Source: Octopus sinensis
Lineage: Eukaryota
Reading direction: 5' to 3'
DNA: 64,000 bases
Assembly: GCF_006345805.1 (NCBI RefSeq)
Contig: NC_042999.1
Location: forward strand, 88,970,001-89,034,000
The notes below the pieces were generated by a model. It had not been told where the DNA came from. It saw only the letters and a list, made by a program, of their open reading frames with translations, and ran no database searches. Shown piece by piece: positions 41,056 to 54,243 of the stretch (the first letter of the stretch is position 1; each line of letters begins with the position of its first letter). The position numbers and the translations under genes are program-made.

Positions 41056-41763
41056 GGCAGGCTTCTTTCATTTTCCGTCAACCAAATCCACTGAGACTAA
41101 GGTAGAAGATACTTACCCAAGGTGCCTCGGAGTGGAACTGAACCCGGAACTATGTAGTTAGGAATCAAGCCACTTCTTCGCCTATATGCGTAAATTTTCG
41201 CAAGCACAAGAGGCCAGGCAGAGCAAACCCACCAGAAAACGCATGAGAATCCCCTTTTTTGAACATCAAGGGCATCATCATCATCCACTTGGTTCCCTCT
41301 GGTCAGACGGTCAACAAACAATACTTTGTGAAAATTCCGAGGGAGTTCAGGAAGAGAATTCTTTGCAAAAAGCCTGAGCAACTGCACCAGAACAATACAC
41401 CACTCCACAATTCCATCCTGGTAACCAACAACTTAACAGAGACAGTCATCAAAGCTGTCCCTCACCCTCCCTACAATACAGACCTTGCTCCCTATGACTT
41501 TTGGTTGTTCCCAAGCTAGAACAGAACTTCAGAGACAGTTGTTTTGAAGACGTAGAGAAAATGAAGGAGGCTGTGAAAAGGGTCCTGGACACCTTGATTA
41601 AAAGGGAATTCTATGAGGCCATCACGAGGTGGCTGGAGTACTACAACAAGAGCAGTGAAGTCAGTGGATCCTACGTTAAAGGAGATTAGAATTTTGTATT
41701 TCTTTGAAATTAAGAAATGTCACTCCTGAACGTGTCTCAAAACTTCTCGAATGTATCTCGTAT
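40660..41763 (+). mobile_element. Degraded mariner interrupted by a SINE (~40770-41170)
   Basis: N-terminal CIKLGKIATETYETL; C-terminal KGIIIIHLVPSGQTVN and PHPPYNTDLAPYDFWLFP; end atgtatctcgta. Confidence 0.8.
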
Positions 41764-41949
41764 GTCTGTGTGCACAGGTGTATGTGATTTGGCAGGATGG
41801 CGGTCGGAGTCACGGATGTTGCAAGAACTATAGTGAGTAGAACGGGCGGATGGAAGTGAGAGAATGCAGTACCGGTTTTTTTGTTTGTTTGTTTTTTTTT
41901 TTTTTGTAGAAGGGACAAACGTGGCTGGGTAGTTCATTTCAACCATTCG

Positions 41950-42313
41950 TTTACTACAAAGCTTAGAATACTTTGTTAGTGGTATGGGTGCAGATAAGGA
42001 GGAGGTGGGGATAGTATTGTATGTAATGTGTGTACGTATTTGCGTGTGTGAGTGTGTGTGTGTGTGTATGTGCGTGTGCGTGTTTGTCTATATGAATGTG
42101 CTTCTGTGCACCTCTATGTCGAGCAGTTGTCTGTGTGTGCATGTGCAATTGCATACGGCTGCATGTATTTGTATGAAAGTGTGTTTCTCTGAATGTCTGT
42201 ATTTTGTGTATACGTGTGTGTAAATGTGTGCACGCATGTATGTGTGAGTGAGTGAATGAGTCTATATTTGTATGCCTGAGAGTAAGTTTGAGCGTGTGTG
42301 TGTGCATTTATGG

Positions 42314-42356
<43 letters not shown>

Positions 42357-42703
42357 CGCCTGCATGTGTGAGAAAGTGAGAGAAATATGTATGAGAAATA
42401 TATGTGATTGCATGTGTATGTGCGTAAGTAAATGAATGGTTGTAGATTTGTAGTTATGTATGTATATGTGTGTGTGTGCGTGCATGTGCGTGTGTGAGTG
42501 TATGTGTGTATGTGTGCGATTTTGTGTTTGTGCCTGTGTGTATGTATACGTTTGTGTGTGGATATTTGCCCATGTCAGAATATATGAGTATTCGGCGTGT
42601 GTCTGTATATTTATTTATATGCATATATATATATACCTGCATCTGGGCTTACGTAGTTATCTGTGTCTGTAACTGTATATGTATGATTGCTGAAGCGCGC
42701 GCA

Positions 42704-42743
<40 letters not shown>

Positions 42744-42909
42744 TGTGTGTACGTGTGTGTCTGCGTGAAGGGTATGTGTTGATGGGTGGGTGGGTGCGTG
42801 CGTTTGTATGTGTATTTATGTAAGCATGAATGTGTTTACATAAATATTTGTGTGTGTGTGTGTGAGTGTATATATATATATATATATATGTCTATGCGGA
42901 TAAATGTAG

Positions 42910-42944
<35 letters not shown>

Positions 42945-43110
42945 CGTGCCAGCGAATGTGTATATATATATATATATATATATACACCACACTCAAACAC
43001 ATCACATATATATATATACATATACATATATATACTCACATATATACATACACACACACACGCACATACACACGCGTACACACACACACACACACACCAC
43101 ACACACACAC

Positions 43111-43141
<31 letters not shown>

Positions 43142-43345
43142 TCGCGTGTCTTTTTTAATGAAGTATGTGTTTGGATGTAACAGTATGTATATGTCTGAGA
43201 CATAGGTATAGGTGAGGGGAAGATATTAAGCAGGCGAGCTGGCGGGCACCAGCTAGCACCCCACCTTTCCTCAAACACACATTGACACTTGTGCAGTCTT
43301 AATACTGACGTAAACAATCTACTAGTGAACTTACACATATCAGTG

Positions 43346-43402
<57 letters not shown>

Positions 43403-43681
43403 CACACTCACACACACATACACTCATACATACACACTCACACACACACACACATACACACACACGATATGTATATATTTAACTCTCAACTTTCCAGCTC
43501 ATCTCATTCGCCTGTTCTTCCTTCCTTTTCTGCTTTTCCTTTCTTCTCTCTTCTCTCTCTCTCTCTCTCTCTCTCTTCTTCTTCTTCTTCTTCTTCTTCT
43601 GCTTCTTCCTCTTCTTCTTCTTCTTCTCCTCCTCCTCCTCCTCCTCCTCCTACTACTACTACTACCACCACCACCACCACC

Positions 43682-43721
<40 letters not shown>

Positions 43722-43900
43722 TTAATTTTTTCTATCACTCAGTATTTGAGCTGTTGCTTTCGCATAGAGAATGTTTATCACCTATCTAACTCTTATTTTC
43801 GTTCGTGTATGTGTGTGTGTGTGTGAGCGTGTGTGTGTGAGCGTGTGTGTGTGGCTGTGTGTGTGTATGCGTGTGTGTTAGTATATAGATAGATAGATAG
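41950..43900. repeat. Compound microsatellite field (TG, TA, CA, CT, CTT, CCT, CTA, CCA)
   Basis: Direct reading; accounts for the overlapping low-complexity ORFs here. Confidence 0.95.
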
Positions 43901-43905
43901 ATAGA

Positions 43906-44480
43906 TATGTTTCTTTATTAGCCACACAGGGCTGCACACAGATAGAACAAATTACAAGGTAGAGCTTTTCTTTTGAAGGTTTAAAAAAAAAAAAAAAAAA
44001 AAAAAAGGAATGGGGAGTTTCGATCAAAAGGGATCGTAAAAGGAGAGAAAGAGGACAAAAAAAAGGGGGGTTAAAAAAAAAAAAAAAAAAAAGGGGGAGA
44101 GGAAAAAAAAAAAAAAAAAAATTGATCAATAGGGATCGTTATCACAGAGATGTCAATATGAAGTGTAAAGGGGAGGACAGGTGAGGTTTACCCGTGGAAA
44201 GAAAAGCCTACGGAAAAGACCACGGTAACCTCGGTCAATGAAGTCACATTTTATATTTCTTTTTTTTTTTTTTTTTTTTTTTTTTTGCAAATAAGCAACT
44301 CTCTGTTTTCGATTTCTGGGTTCATAGGACTATGCTCAAGGTGGCTTCGTCATTCATACGTGCCATTCTTGCTACATTCACCCATCTTTTTTTAAAACAT
44401 TCGCTAGACAAAACTTGCCTCTCTACTCTCACTTTCCTTTTCAAGTGGTACTTGAAGAAGTTGATGAGAGATTGACCAGA
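43906..44480 (-). mobile_element. Tx1/L1-type LINE 3' end embedded in (TCTA)n
   Basis: ORF2 C-terminus LINFFKYHLKRKVRVERQVLSSECFKKRWVNVARMARM, then a 3'UTR, aataaa and (tcta)n; (tcta)n also flanks the 5' side. Confidence 0.65.
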
Positions 44481-44514
44481 GATAGATAGATAGATAGATA
44501 GGTATGTAGGTAGG

Positions 44515-44589
<75 letters not shown>

Positions 44590-44643
44590 GTAGATAGATA
44601 GATAGATAGATGATAGATAGATAGATAGGTAGGTAGGTAGGTA

Positions 44644-44738
<95 letters not shown>

Positions 44739-44754
44739 TTTTGTCCATCACGAG

Positions 44755-44927
44755 CGAGCGATTGCTTCAGATACTATCTGCCAGATGAAATCGTAAACAC
44801 AATCTGCTCCATCTACGCAGACTCTAAAAGTTTCGTACGCATTCCTGACGGAGACACCGATACGTTTGCAGACAACACGTGTTCTCCAAGGGGACACCTT
44901 AGCTCCTTCCTTTTTCATTATTATTCT
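44755..44927 (+). mobile_element. RTE-like reverse transcriptase fragment, target of the LTR insertion
   Basis: YLPDEIVNTICSIYADSKSFVRIPDGDTDTF, then a frameshift to VLQGDTLAPFLFIII. Confidence 0.7.
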
Positions 44928-47481
44928 TGTAACGAAAATGTGAATATCTTCTCTGGACCTTTTGGGGGTGCGAGAAGCAATCACTTTCCGTTGCTTTAAT
45001 ATCCAGTTCTCTACCAGTCAGAAACAACAAGACGCAGACGTAAAATATATATATCTACTTTATTCTCTTATGACAGTAACAGATAATTGGTATATCTGGG
45101 TATCCCTTTGGTATAGATGTGTCAGAGCTGAACGTTATCGCTGTATAATTTACAAAGTTCAAATGCTAACGACACTGGTCAAAGATGGCGTCTGGAAAGA
45201 GGAAGATGATGTTGTCTGCAACAATTTGGTTAAAGCCTTCGGCCGACTGCTATCATAAAGGGAAAGCGAGAAAATATACGTCCGTTGCCCTCGGTCGCTT
45301 TGTCTCAAGTCAATGACTGCTGCTGGACGCTAGTGGTCAACGTCCTACGATCCCCTTGCCTCGGCTAACTGCCACGTAGGCAAATGGTCCTTCTTCCGGG
45401 GCTTCGCGCATGCGCCGCTGTATAGCGTCACTACAGAGCTCCACCCCAGTGCGAAGCACGACACAAAATTCCTTGTAGTGACTATAAAACTCAAGGTGGA
45501 CACCAGATAACCAAATAGCACACAATATAATAAAAATGGCAAAATTTACAACATACACAAGAAATTTACCAAAAGGAAAAAAGAGAAAAAATACCCAAAA
45601 TGAGCAAAATCAAAAGTGCATGCGTGAAGGTGGATACGTCACAAAGTATAGAGCCTTCCGCTGACCAGCGGAAGGAAAGCAAAACTCACAGTTAATGAAC
45701 CTAGGCGAAATTAAATCCAACTCCTCTAAAGGTAGTTGATCCTGCGAAATAGCAGTTAAATCAATTCCTGCAGGAGAGGAAATGGAATCGACAGATAGAT
45801 CGCCAGTAACACAAAAGGCAAAAGTGCAAGCATGCTGGTGTGATGCGCGACACAGATAATTTTCTCTGTTAATTACGTGACCAACAGGGGTCTAACAGGG
45901 AAAAAATTACGCCTATACATGGCGCAACGCATGTGAACATCCGACGTTCTTTGAGTCGGGAAAAGAACTAAGCTAACGCAAACGTGTTGCAAAAACAAGG
46001 CAGTACACGTGCGGAGCAAAGGCGCATGAAATGCAATAGGGCTTGCCAGACCGAAAAACAGCAATGAATATGCCAGTGGTTGAGCGATTATATGCCTCGT
46101 TCGTACAGGAACAAAAGTATGACATGCCGGCGCGTTATAATGGACAAACAACCCTCTCTATGTATACGTGACCCCTAGGGTCTATAGAAATGAGGTGTGT
46201 CCACAAAAGGCAAATTTAGCATGGAAAAAAAAACAAGCGACAAAAGCATGTGTGACGTATGTATGTGAGAGAGATAGCATTTATGTGTGTGTACGTGTGT
46301 GCGACAGAAATAAATACAAGGTGAATGCGAGCAAAAAATAAAAATACAGCGCATAGAAAAATGTCTCTCAGGGCTATCTCAGACAATGGAGTTAATTTAC
46401 CAGTCTCTAATAGCCTGATGCACAATAGCAGTTCGTTCTGTAACAGAATGTTGAAATCACAAATGCAGATGCCGGTTGAACACATATCGTGTAGCGGTTG
46501 TGGCTTCAATGCGGTGACAGGTTAACTGGGTACAGAAGAATCTCGCAGATAGACTGTGCTGTTAATTCCGGTGTGTATACACGAACAGCGAGTGGGCTAA
46601 ACTTCCGCGAGTTGCTATTTACATCTTGTTGAGGTCGACGGTGTTGAAATGCGACGGTGGTGGAGGAAGGCGACTGTAGTGGACTTGAGACAACATTGTT
46701 CTTAGTGTTAATGGCGACGAAGATAACGACGACGTGAAGTTCTAAGACGACGATGACGACGGTAGAGAAAAGGCATCGATGATATGATGGCGTCCGTCAT
46801 CATTGTTGAAGAATAAGAAAAGGGCTCCGTCTATAACGGTCCGAGAGGACGGAAACAAATCGTCGAAAGATGAATGCGTAGAGTTAATCGTGTTCCGACT
46901 TCGCAGAAAAACTGGATTTCTTTGTTGTTAAGTTATCTCTGGTTTTAGACCAGAATCACGTCGGGGGTCACCAGTGTAACGAACTAGTGTGAATATCTTC
47001 TCTGGACCTTTTGGGGGTGCGAGAAGCAATCACTTTCCGTTGCTTTAATAATCCAGATTCTCTACCAGTCAGAACAACAAGACGCAGACGTAAAATATAT
47101 ATCTACTTTATCTCTTATGACAGTACAGATAATTGGTATATCTGGGTATCCCTTGGGTATAGATGTGTCAGAGCTGAACGTTATCGCTGTAGAATTTACA
47201 AAGTTCAAATGCTAACGACACTGGTCAAAGATGGCGTCCGGAAAGAGGAAGATGATGTTGTCTGCAACAATTTGGTTAAAGCCTTCGGCCGACTGCTATC
47301 ACAAAGGGACAGCGAGAAAATATACGTCCGTTGCCCTCGGTCGCTTTGTCTCAAGTCAATGACTGTTGCTGGACGCTAGTGGTCAACGTCCTACGATCCC
47401 CTTGCCTCGGCTAACTGCCACGTAGGCAAATGGTCCTTCTTCCGGGGCTTCGCGCATGCGCCGCTGTATAGCGTCACTACA
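44928..47481 (-). mobile_element. Non-autonomous LTR retrotransposon (Ty3/Gypsy-like), intact termini
   Basis: LTRs 44928-45435 and 46975-47481 (TG...CA), 4-bp TSD ttct, tRNA-Trp-type PBS at ~46955-46973, and purine-rich ggggtggag next to the other LTR. The 1.5-kb interior has no gag/pol motifs. Confidence 0.9.
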
Positions 47482-47525
47482 TTCTTGTACGGTGCGCTAT
47501 ATTACGTTTTCAGTGATTCTTATTA

Positions 47526-47556
<31 letters not shown>

Positions 47557-47610
47557 CCTCTCTCTTTCCCTCCCCTCTCCCCCCTCTTTAGGTGGAATAT
47601 GGGTGGGTAT

Positions 47611-47640
<30 letters not shown>

Positions 47641-47642
<2 letters not shown>

Positions 47643-48020
47643 TTAGCGTCCGTTTTCCATGCTAGCATGGGTTGGACGGTTCTACAGGGGTCTGTGAAGC
47701 CAGAAGGCTTCATCAGGCCCAGTCAAATCTGGCAGTGTTTCTACGGCTGGATGCCCTTCCTAACGCCAACCACTCCGAGAGTGTAGTGGGTGCTTTTTAC
47801 GTGCCACCCGCACAGGTGCCAGACAGAGCTGGCAAACGGCCACGAACGGATGGTGCTTTTTATGTGCCACCGGCACGAGGGCCAGGCGAGGCTGGCAACG
47901 GACACGAACGGATGGTGCTTTTTACGTGCCATCGGCACGAGGCCAGTCGGGGCGGTGCTGGCAACGGTCGCGAAACGGAAGGTTCTCTTACATGCCACCG
48001 GCACTGGTAACACATCTGCA
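47641..48020 (-). mobile_element. RTE-tailed retroposon with internal ~57-bp tandem repeats
   Basis: Minus strand gaagggcatccagccgtagaaac...ggaaaacggacgctaaa-(tga)n; the unit ctggcaacgg.cacgaacggatggtgctttttacgtgcca is repeated. Confidence 0.65.
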
Positions 48021-48387
48021 ATTTCCATTGATCGATTTTAAAAAAAAGTTTGAAAACGCCACTATATAAGATAAAATTAAATTTTCTTAGAGATTTTACA
48101 TGTTCCGGTTCTTGAAAAAACGAACCTTATCAAAAATATTTTAAAAAGTTCATAATTGTTTCTTACTAGTCCCAACAGAGTCCACGTGGTGGTGTTTTGT
48201 AGGCGGGGGAAGCATAATGGCTGTCTTGTGCGTTGACTAGATTCGTTGGCTGTAATTGTGGAAATGACCGGTGGCCGAAGTAACAGTAGTAGCAGTGACT
48301 ATATATACATGTATGCTTATGCATGTACGTAAATATATATATATATATATATATAATATATGTGGTGTGTGTGTGTGTGTGTGTGTG

Positions 48388-48418
<31 letters not shown>

Positions 48419-48779
48419 TATATATATATATATATATATGTATGCGTATGTGTGCGCATGCATGGATGTGCGTGGCTTAGCGTCTCGGGTGTTGCATTCA
48501 TCGTCATAATATTGTAGCTTTGATTTCTGTACTGGGCAATACATTGTGTTCTTGAGCAAAACACTTCATTTCACGTTGGTGTAGTCCAGTCAAAAATGAA
48601 TAACCCTGCACAGAACTGGCATCTCGTCCAATGATGTAGGTTGAATGCAGCCACTGAATCCTGGAAACCGGCCTTATGTGCTTATGGCTCGGGGTGGACA
48701 TTTGATCCTTTTGATATCCCGTGTGCGTGTGTGTATATGTGTGGGTGTGCGTACGTGTGTGTGTATGTGTGTGTGTGTG

Positions 48780-48821
<42 letters not shown>

Positions 48822-50738
48822 GTGTTCTAAAGAATAAGATGTGAAATATAGCATTTAGAAAACGGATTTAAAATTTACCAAAGAATCATGTTGGATAAGA
48901 TTTGGTTGTCTAACATATCTATATTTTCACACCGACCATTTAAGATGTCATTTTTGCTTAAGAACCCCCCGAACACATTCACACACACAACGAGTCCCAT
49001 ACCTACTTTTTACACTCAACTTTTTTTTATTCAACACACAAACAAAAGCCTTCCCTGCATTTCAAACGTACGTAAACATTCAGTTCTTTTTAAATACAAT
49101 CTTTCATCACATAATTTCTTTATCACATATTCAGCACATATTTGACAAATGAAATATACAGAGAATATTATTAAGAGTGTAAGTTGTAAAGACTGCAATA
49201 GCATTATCAGAAGCTTTTTTTTAATATATATATATATTCGTATTTTATTCCGGAGAGGATGTAGTGACCATTGCACTTTAGAGCGTCTCTGATACCAATA
49301 CGAGAAAGGGAAAAAGATGGAATCGGTTACCTTTCTTGAATGCTTGCAACAGAATGGACTCCCCAAGAGATACCTATGTTGCTAAGTAGTGGTGTTTAAA
49401 CTGGCTACGGACTAACCCAATCACTCTAGTAAGCCATGGTGGGACTTGAACTCAGATCGTAAAGTGCCGGAACATATATCGTAAATCATCCGGTTAGTTC
49501 TGCCAATCCGCTGTCATGTATTTGTTATTTTTATCGACATCGAAAACTTGAAAAAGTGAGTTGATTTCGTTGAGATTTGAACTCAGAAAATCTGAACAAA
49601 TACCGCGTAGCATTTTATTCACGCTCTAATGACAGCCATATCGCCGCCTAGCTTGTGAGAGAAGTGAACTTGTTACCTCTAGTTTTGCAACATTATCATG
49701 TAACGTCTGATTTAGTTTTATTTATATATACCATTGACTCACTGATTACTTATCTAACAGTGGGACTACTTCAGAAAACAAGTTCGACTTTCCTTAGATA
49801 TGTTCCCATGTAGCACACCTAAGGTAGCACACCTTCCAGATATTTCGGTTACTTATCTGTCTGGATGTGGGTGGAAAAGACACACCTTTTGCACATTGCC
49901 ATCCGAAGTCACTGAATAACCGTCGCAAGCACGAGAAAGAAAAGAAAAACGAAGGATAAAAATAAACAGGATGTAGCCTTAATGGCGAGAAATTGCAAAT
50001 AATACTCAGTTGAGCGTGACTGATGATGAACAAAAATAACAGTATTTATATAGATGTATTCCCTAGCCAACAAACAAAATAAAATTTTGGTCAACAAATT
50101 CTAATTAAGGGAGCAGTAGAGTCAAATCAATAGCAAGCGGAACAACCAAGTTAACCCTTAACGACTCATACGGCTCGCCTTGATGTTTTGTTAAGTCTAT
50201 GCCTAAGACCAATAGCTGGTGCTTAGCTGTAAATTGGCACAGAGAAGGAACAAGTTACTATTGGAAATAACAGCTGTGCTATATAATTAATTAATATTTC
50301 GTTAACTCTAAGTCCAAATAACTCCTCTAATGAATATGGCTTTTAGAAGCAACTTGCCTAAATATAGTGTATGTAGACGAAATCTTTAACGGTAATTCCT
50401 TAACACAAGTGTGGGCAAATAATATTTTAGATGAGCTATTTTCTACAAAATGTTAGAAAATAAACTTGGAAAAGATTTTATTAAACGAACTCATCCCTAA
50501 GCCTGTATTGATATTGCGTTCTCAATAATAACCGTAAAATTTTTGCTTTGTCATTTTGTTTAAGAATTTAATTTTTCTGGATATTATAGCATTGTTGTTC
50601 GATGGAAGATGCTAGATTTACTTGAGAATATACCGTTGTTGTATTACGGAAGACTGTAAACTTTGTTTAGTTTATAATGTTGAAATATGGAAGACTGTAG
50701 CTTTTGTTGTACCATGGTAGACTCAAGACTTAGTTCAG

Positions 50739-50787
50739 ATTATATCATTTTCTTGCTATTGAAGAAGAGCATATAACGCAACTAGAG
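50739..50787 (+). CDS. Candidate internal exon ((P)LYHFLAIEEEHITQLE)
   Basis: ttcag acceptor (weak pyrimidine tract), GAG|gtaatt donor, 49 nt, phase 2-0, frame-compatible with the 23457-23507 exon. Confidence 0.45.
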
Positions 50788-51824
50788 GTAATTAATTAAT
50801 GTTTGATAGGCTTTATGTTGAATGCTGGCAGAAAGCTTATAGAGAACAGCGACTGCCACATGGTTTCCATTACCAATTACATGCCCATTAAAGCCAATGC
50901 ACGTTACTAATGGATTTGAGAATAGTATGGATGCTATAACTACCCAGTTTTCTTCTAACCGAAAAAGTTATTCAGCTTAATCGATAGGAGGTAAATTTTC
51001 CACCAAAACAAAATGGATTTTGGTTTTAATCATTGTTTTCTGCTCTATTATGGTTCTCCGTTGCGTTTTACTTCTCAAGAATTCCATCTTTCTACGTCAC
51101 CGAGTGTAAAATCGTATACATTTACTTAGTGATTCTCTTGTACTAATTTGGTAGTATAGTAAACCATGTCTTACCTTGGATGTTCAATACCTGACGGAGT
51201 TGTAGCGGCGCTGTCGTGACATACGGTGTCTTAGGTATTTTTCTGTTCTACGTTCAACTACAGCGAATTTCTTCCACTGGGAGAAAGAGGCGGGGTGAGA
51301 GACCGATAAAAAGAACATCTGCGGAATACCAGGCTGGCACTTCATTTATCAGGTCCGAAAGGAAGAAAGGCATTGCTGACCTCGGTAGAATTTGAACTCA
51401 GACTGCAGAGAGCCAAAACGATTATAAGCGGGAAAATTATCCGGCATTCAAATGATTCTGCCAAAGGGACCATCTTCTACATTAAAGTCTATATTTCGCA
51501 GACAACTTACAAATATGACCAGTGTTTAATTCCTGTGCTAATGGAAGTGCTGTAATATTGGTCATAGATAAATAGTTTTTTTGTCTTCGCTGTATAATTA
51601 TGTAAAGTTCGATTTTCAACGGTCCTTATTTAAAATTATATCAAAAAAATGTTAACACGCAGGAGTGGCTGTGTGGTAAGTAACTTGCTTACAAACCACA
51701 TGGTTCCAGGTTCAGTCCCACTGCGTGGCATCTTGGGCAAGTGTCTTCTGCTATAGCCCCGGGCCGACCAATGCCTTGTGAGTGGATTTGGTTGACGGAA
51801 ACTGAAAGAAGTCTATATATATTA

Positions 51825-51906
<82 letters not shown>

Positions 51907-53068
51907 GTGTGTGTGTGTGTGTGTGTATGTTTGTGTGTCTGTGTTTGTCCCCCTAGCATGCTGGTGTGTTTACGTCCCCGTCACTTAGCGGTTCGGCAAA
52001 AGAGACCGATAGAATAAGTACTGGGCTTACAAAGAATAAGTCCCAGGGTCGATTTGCTCGACTAAAGGCAGTGCACCAGCATGGCCGCAGTCAAATGACT
52101 GAAACAAGTAAAAGAGTAAAAGAGTAAAAGACTATGTTATTTATCATTAGCTTTATTGAGTTCGGGAAAAGATGAAGTGAAAAACATAACATTCATGCTT
52201 TTCTCTCTCTCTCTCTCTCACGCGCGCGGGCTCTCTCCCTCTCTCTTACTCCCATTTATCTCTCCTTTTCTCTCTCTCACTCCCCATCTATCTTTCCTTC
52301 TCTCTCTCTCTCTCACTTCCCATCTCTCTTTCCCTTTCTCAAGAAATTTAATATCAAAAGTAAAACGAACGTGACTACAAACGTGAGTCGAAACAAAAGC
52401 GAGCTGATTACTCTTCTAGTTTACAAAGCTTACCTGTGTGGCTCGCTTCCCAGCCACATGGTTCAGGGTTCAGTCCCAGTGCGTAGTAACTAGGGCAAGT
52501 GTCTTCTACTATAGCCACGGGCCGACCAAAAACCTTGTGAGTGGATTTGGTACTCAGAAACGGAAAGAAGCCAGTTGTGTGTGGGAAAAGTCTCAGTATA
52601 ACAGGCCGAAACTGTAGTGATAACTGGAATCATGACTGATGAATAGAAAGCCAAGAATTTTCCATCCTGGTTTTCCTGTCCATCCTTGTATCGTCCATCT
52701 GTCCGTATGTTTTCATTGTCATCCGTTACATTCTTGTTCCGTTTTATTATTTATATATATATACATATAACGGCGTACGTACACCTTTTGCTCAGTTATA
52801 TATATAACTGTTACAATGGCTCCATAACTAGCGTCTCGGCAATAACCTTGGAGCCCTAGTAATCCGTTACAGAACTTACCTAGCGTAGCTAATCGTTTAG
52901 ATCACTTGTGAACTAAACCCACATAGTTTGTGTGTGTGTGTATATATATATACATATATATATATAGTTAATCCAAACATGAAAACGCGAAGTGAAAACA
53001 CAACAACGCGAGGACATGGAACAAGTATAGTGTTATTGGACACTCAGGAAAGAAAAGAAAGAAAGAGG

Positions 53069-53103
53069 ATTTAACGTTTCGAGCGGAGCTCTCCGTAAGA
53101 AAC
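53069..53103 (-). ncRNA. Degenerate minimal hammerhead-like motif in a Penelope-like repeat (~52975-53160)
   Basis: GUUU-CUUACGG-A-GAGC(UCC)GCUC-GAAAC-GUU-AAAU; the core is mutated and probably inactive. Confidence 0.4.
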
Positions 53104-53422
53104 ATAGGAAAAGGAAAAGAAGACGGAGGGGAAAAAATCGCCAACCATACACACGCGGTCATATATATATATATATATATATAAATATATATAAACTTAC
53201 TTGGAAGTGAATGCATGACGTTCAATTAAATAATAATATTAATAATATATATGTGTGTGTGCATTCTTGTCTGTCTCTTGTCCAAGCTTTCTTCTTCGCG
53301 TTCGCCACCTCACCTCGCTTAGGCTTAACAACCCTTCCTGTTTTTGATACAAATTTTGGCCCTCCGCAAAATCCCAAATTTTATTTAATTTGCTTTGCGG
53401 AAGCAACTGTTTTATTGAAGGC

Positions 53423-53487
53423 GTATCTTGTTGAATTGCTCGAAATACGGATTAGAAAAACACCCGACAACTGATGAAGGGTCGTTC
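53423..53487 (+). ncRNA. Candidate non-circularly permuted hammerhead ribozyme, copy A
   Basis: CGUA-UC^UUGUUG-AAUUGCUC-GAAA-UACG-(14 nt)-CGACAA-CUGAUGA-A-GGGUCGUU; stems I, II and III can all pair. Confidence 0.6.
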
Positions 53488-53711
53488 ATTATGTTACTTG
53501 TCTTGTTTTCCATTTGTTTCTTTCGTTGTTGCAAAAAAAGTTCATATTCCATGTATTGGTATTTCGTATCTCATGTTTTCGTTTTTTTTTATGTTTACGT
53601 TCCGTGGCGTCCTGTGCCCACATATGCACATGTATATACGTATAGATGTAAGTATGTACATATATATATGTAAATATACATACATACATACACAGACACA
53701 CACACACACAC

Positions 53712-53757
<46 letters not shown>

Positions 53758-54174
53758 GTACAGGGCGTCACCAACAGTAAACAACATGAAATACGAAAAC
53801 AAGTGAGTTAAATGCGCAAATAACGAGAGAAAATGGAAAACAAGAGAAGTAATATAAAGAATGACCCTTTATCAGCTGTCGGCTCCCCATTTCGAGTAGT
53901 ATTACTTGTCTTGTTTTCCATTTTTTCTCTCGTTAATTGCGTATGTAACTGATTTGTTTTCGTATTTCATGTTGTTCACAGTTGGTGACAACCTGTACCC
54001 ATATACTACTAATATATATACTAATATAGTTTTTTTACAGAAAAAAAAATTCATCAAAAAAGTGGCAGCATATTAAAATACCTTTAAAGGCTGTTTATCA
54101 TATATATATAATTTATATTAATATTATTATTATATTATTATTATTATTATTATTATTATTTATTATTATTATTA

Positions 54175-54243
<69 letters not shown>

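Noticed and set aside
47695-47725. CUGAUGA followed by a hairpin (AGCC-UUCU-GGCU) on the minus strand
   Set aside because: No GAAA after the hairpin and no stem I or III.
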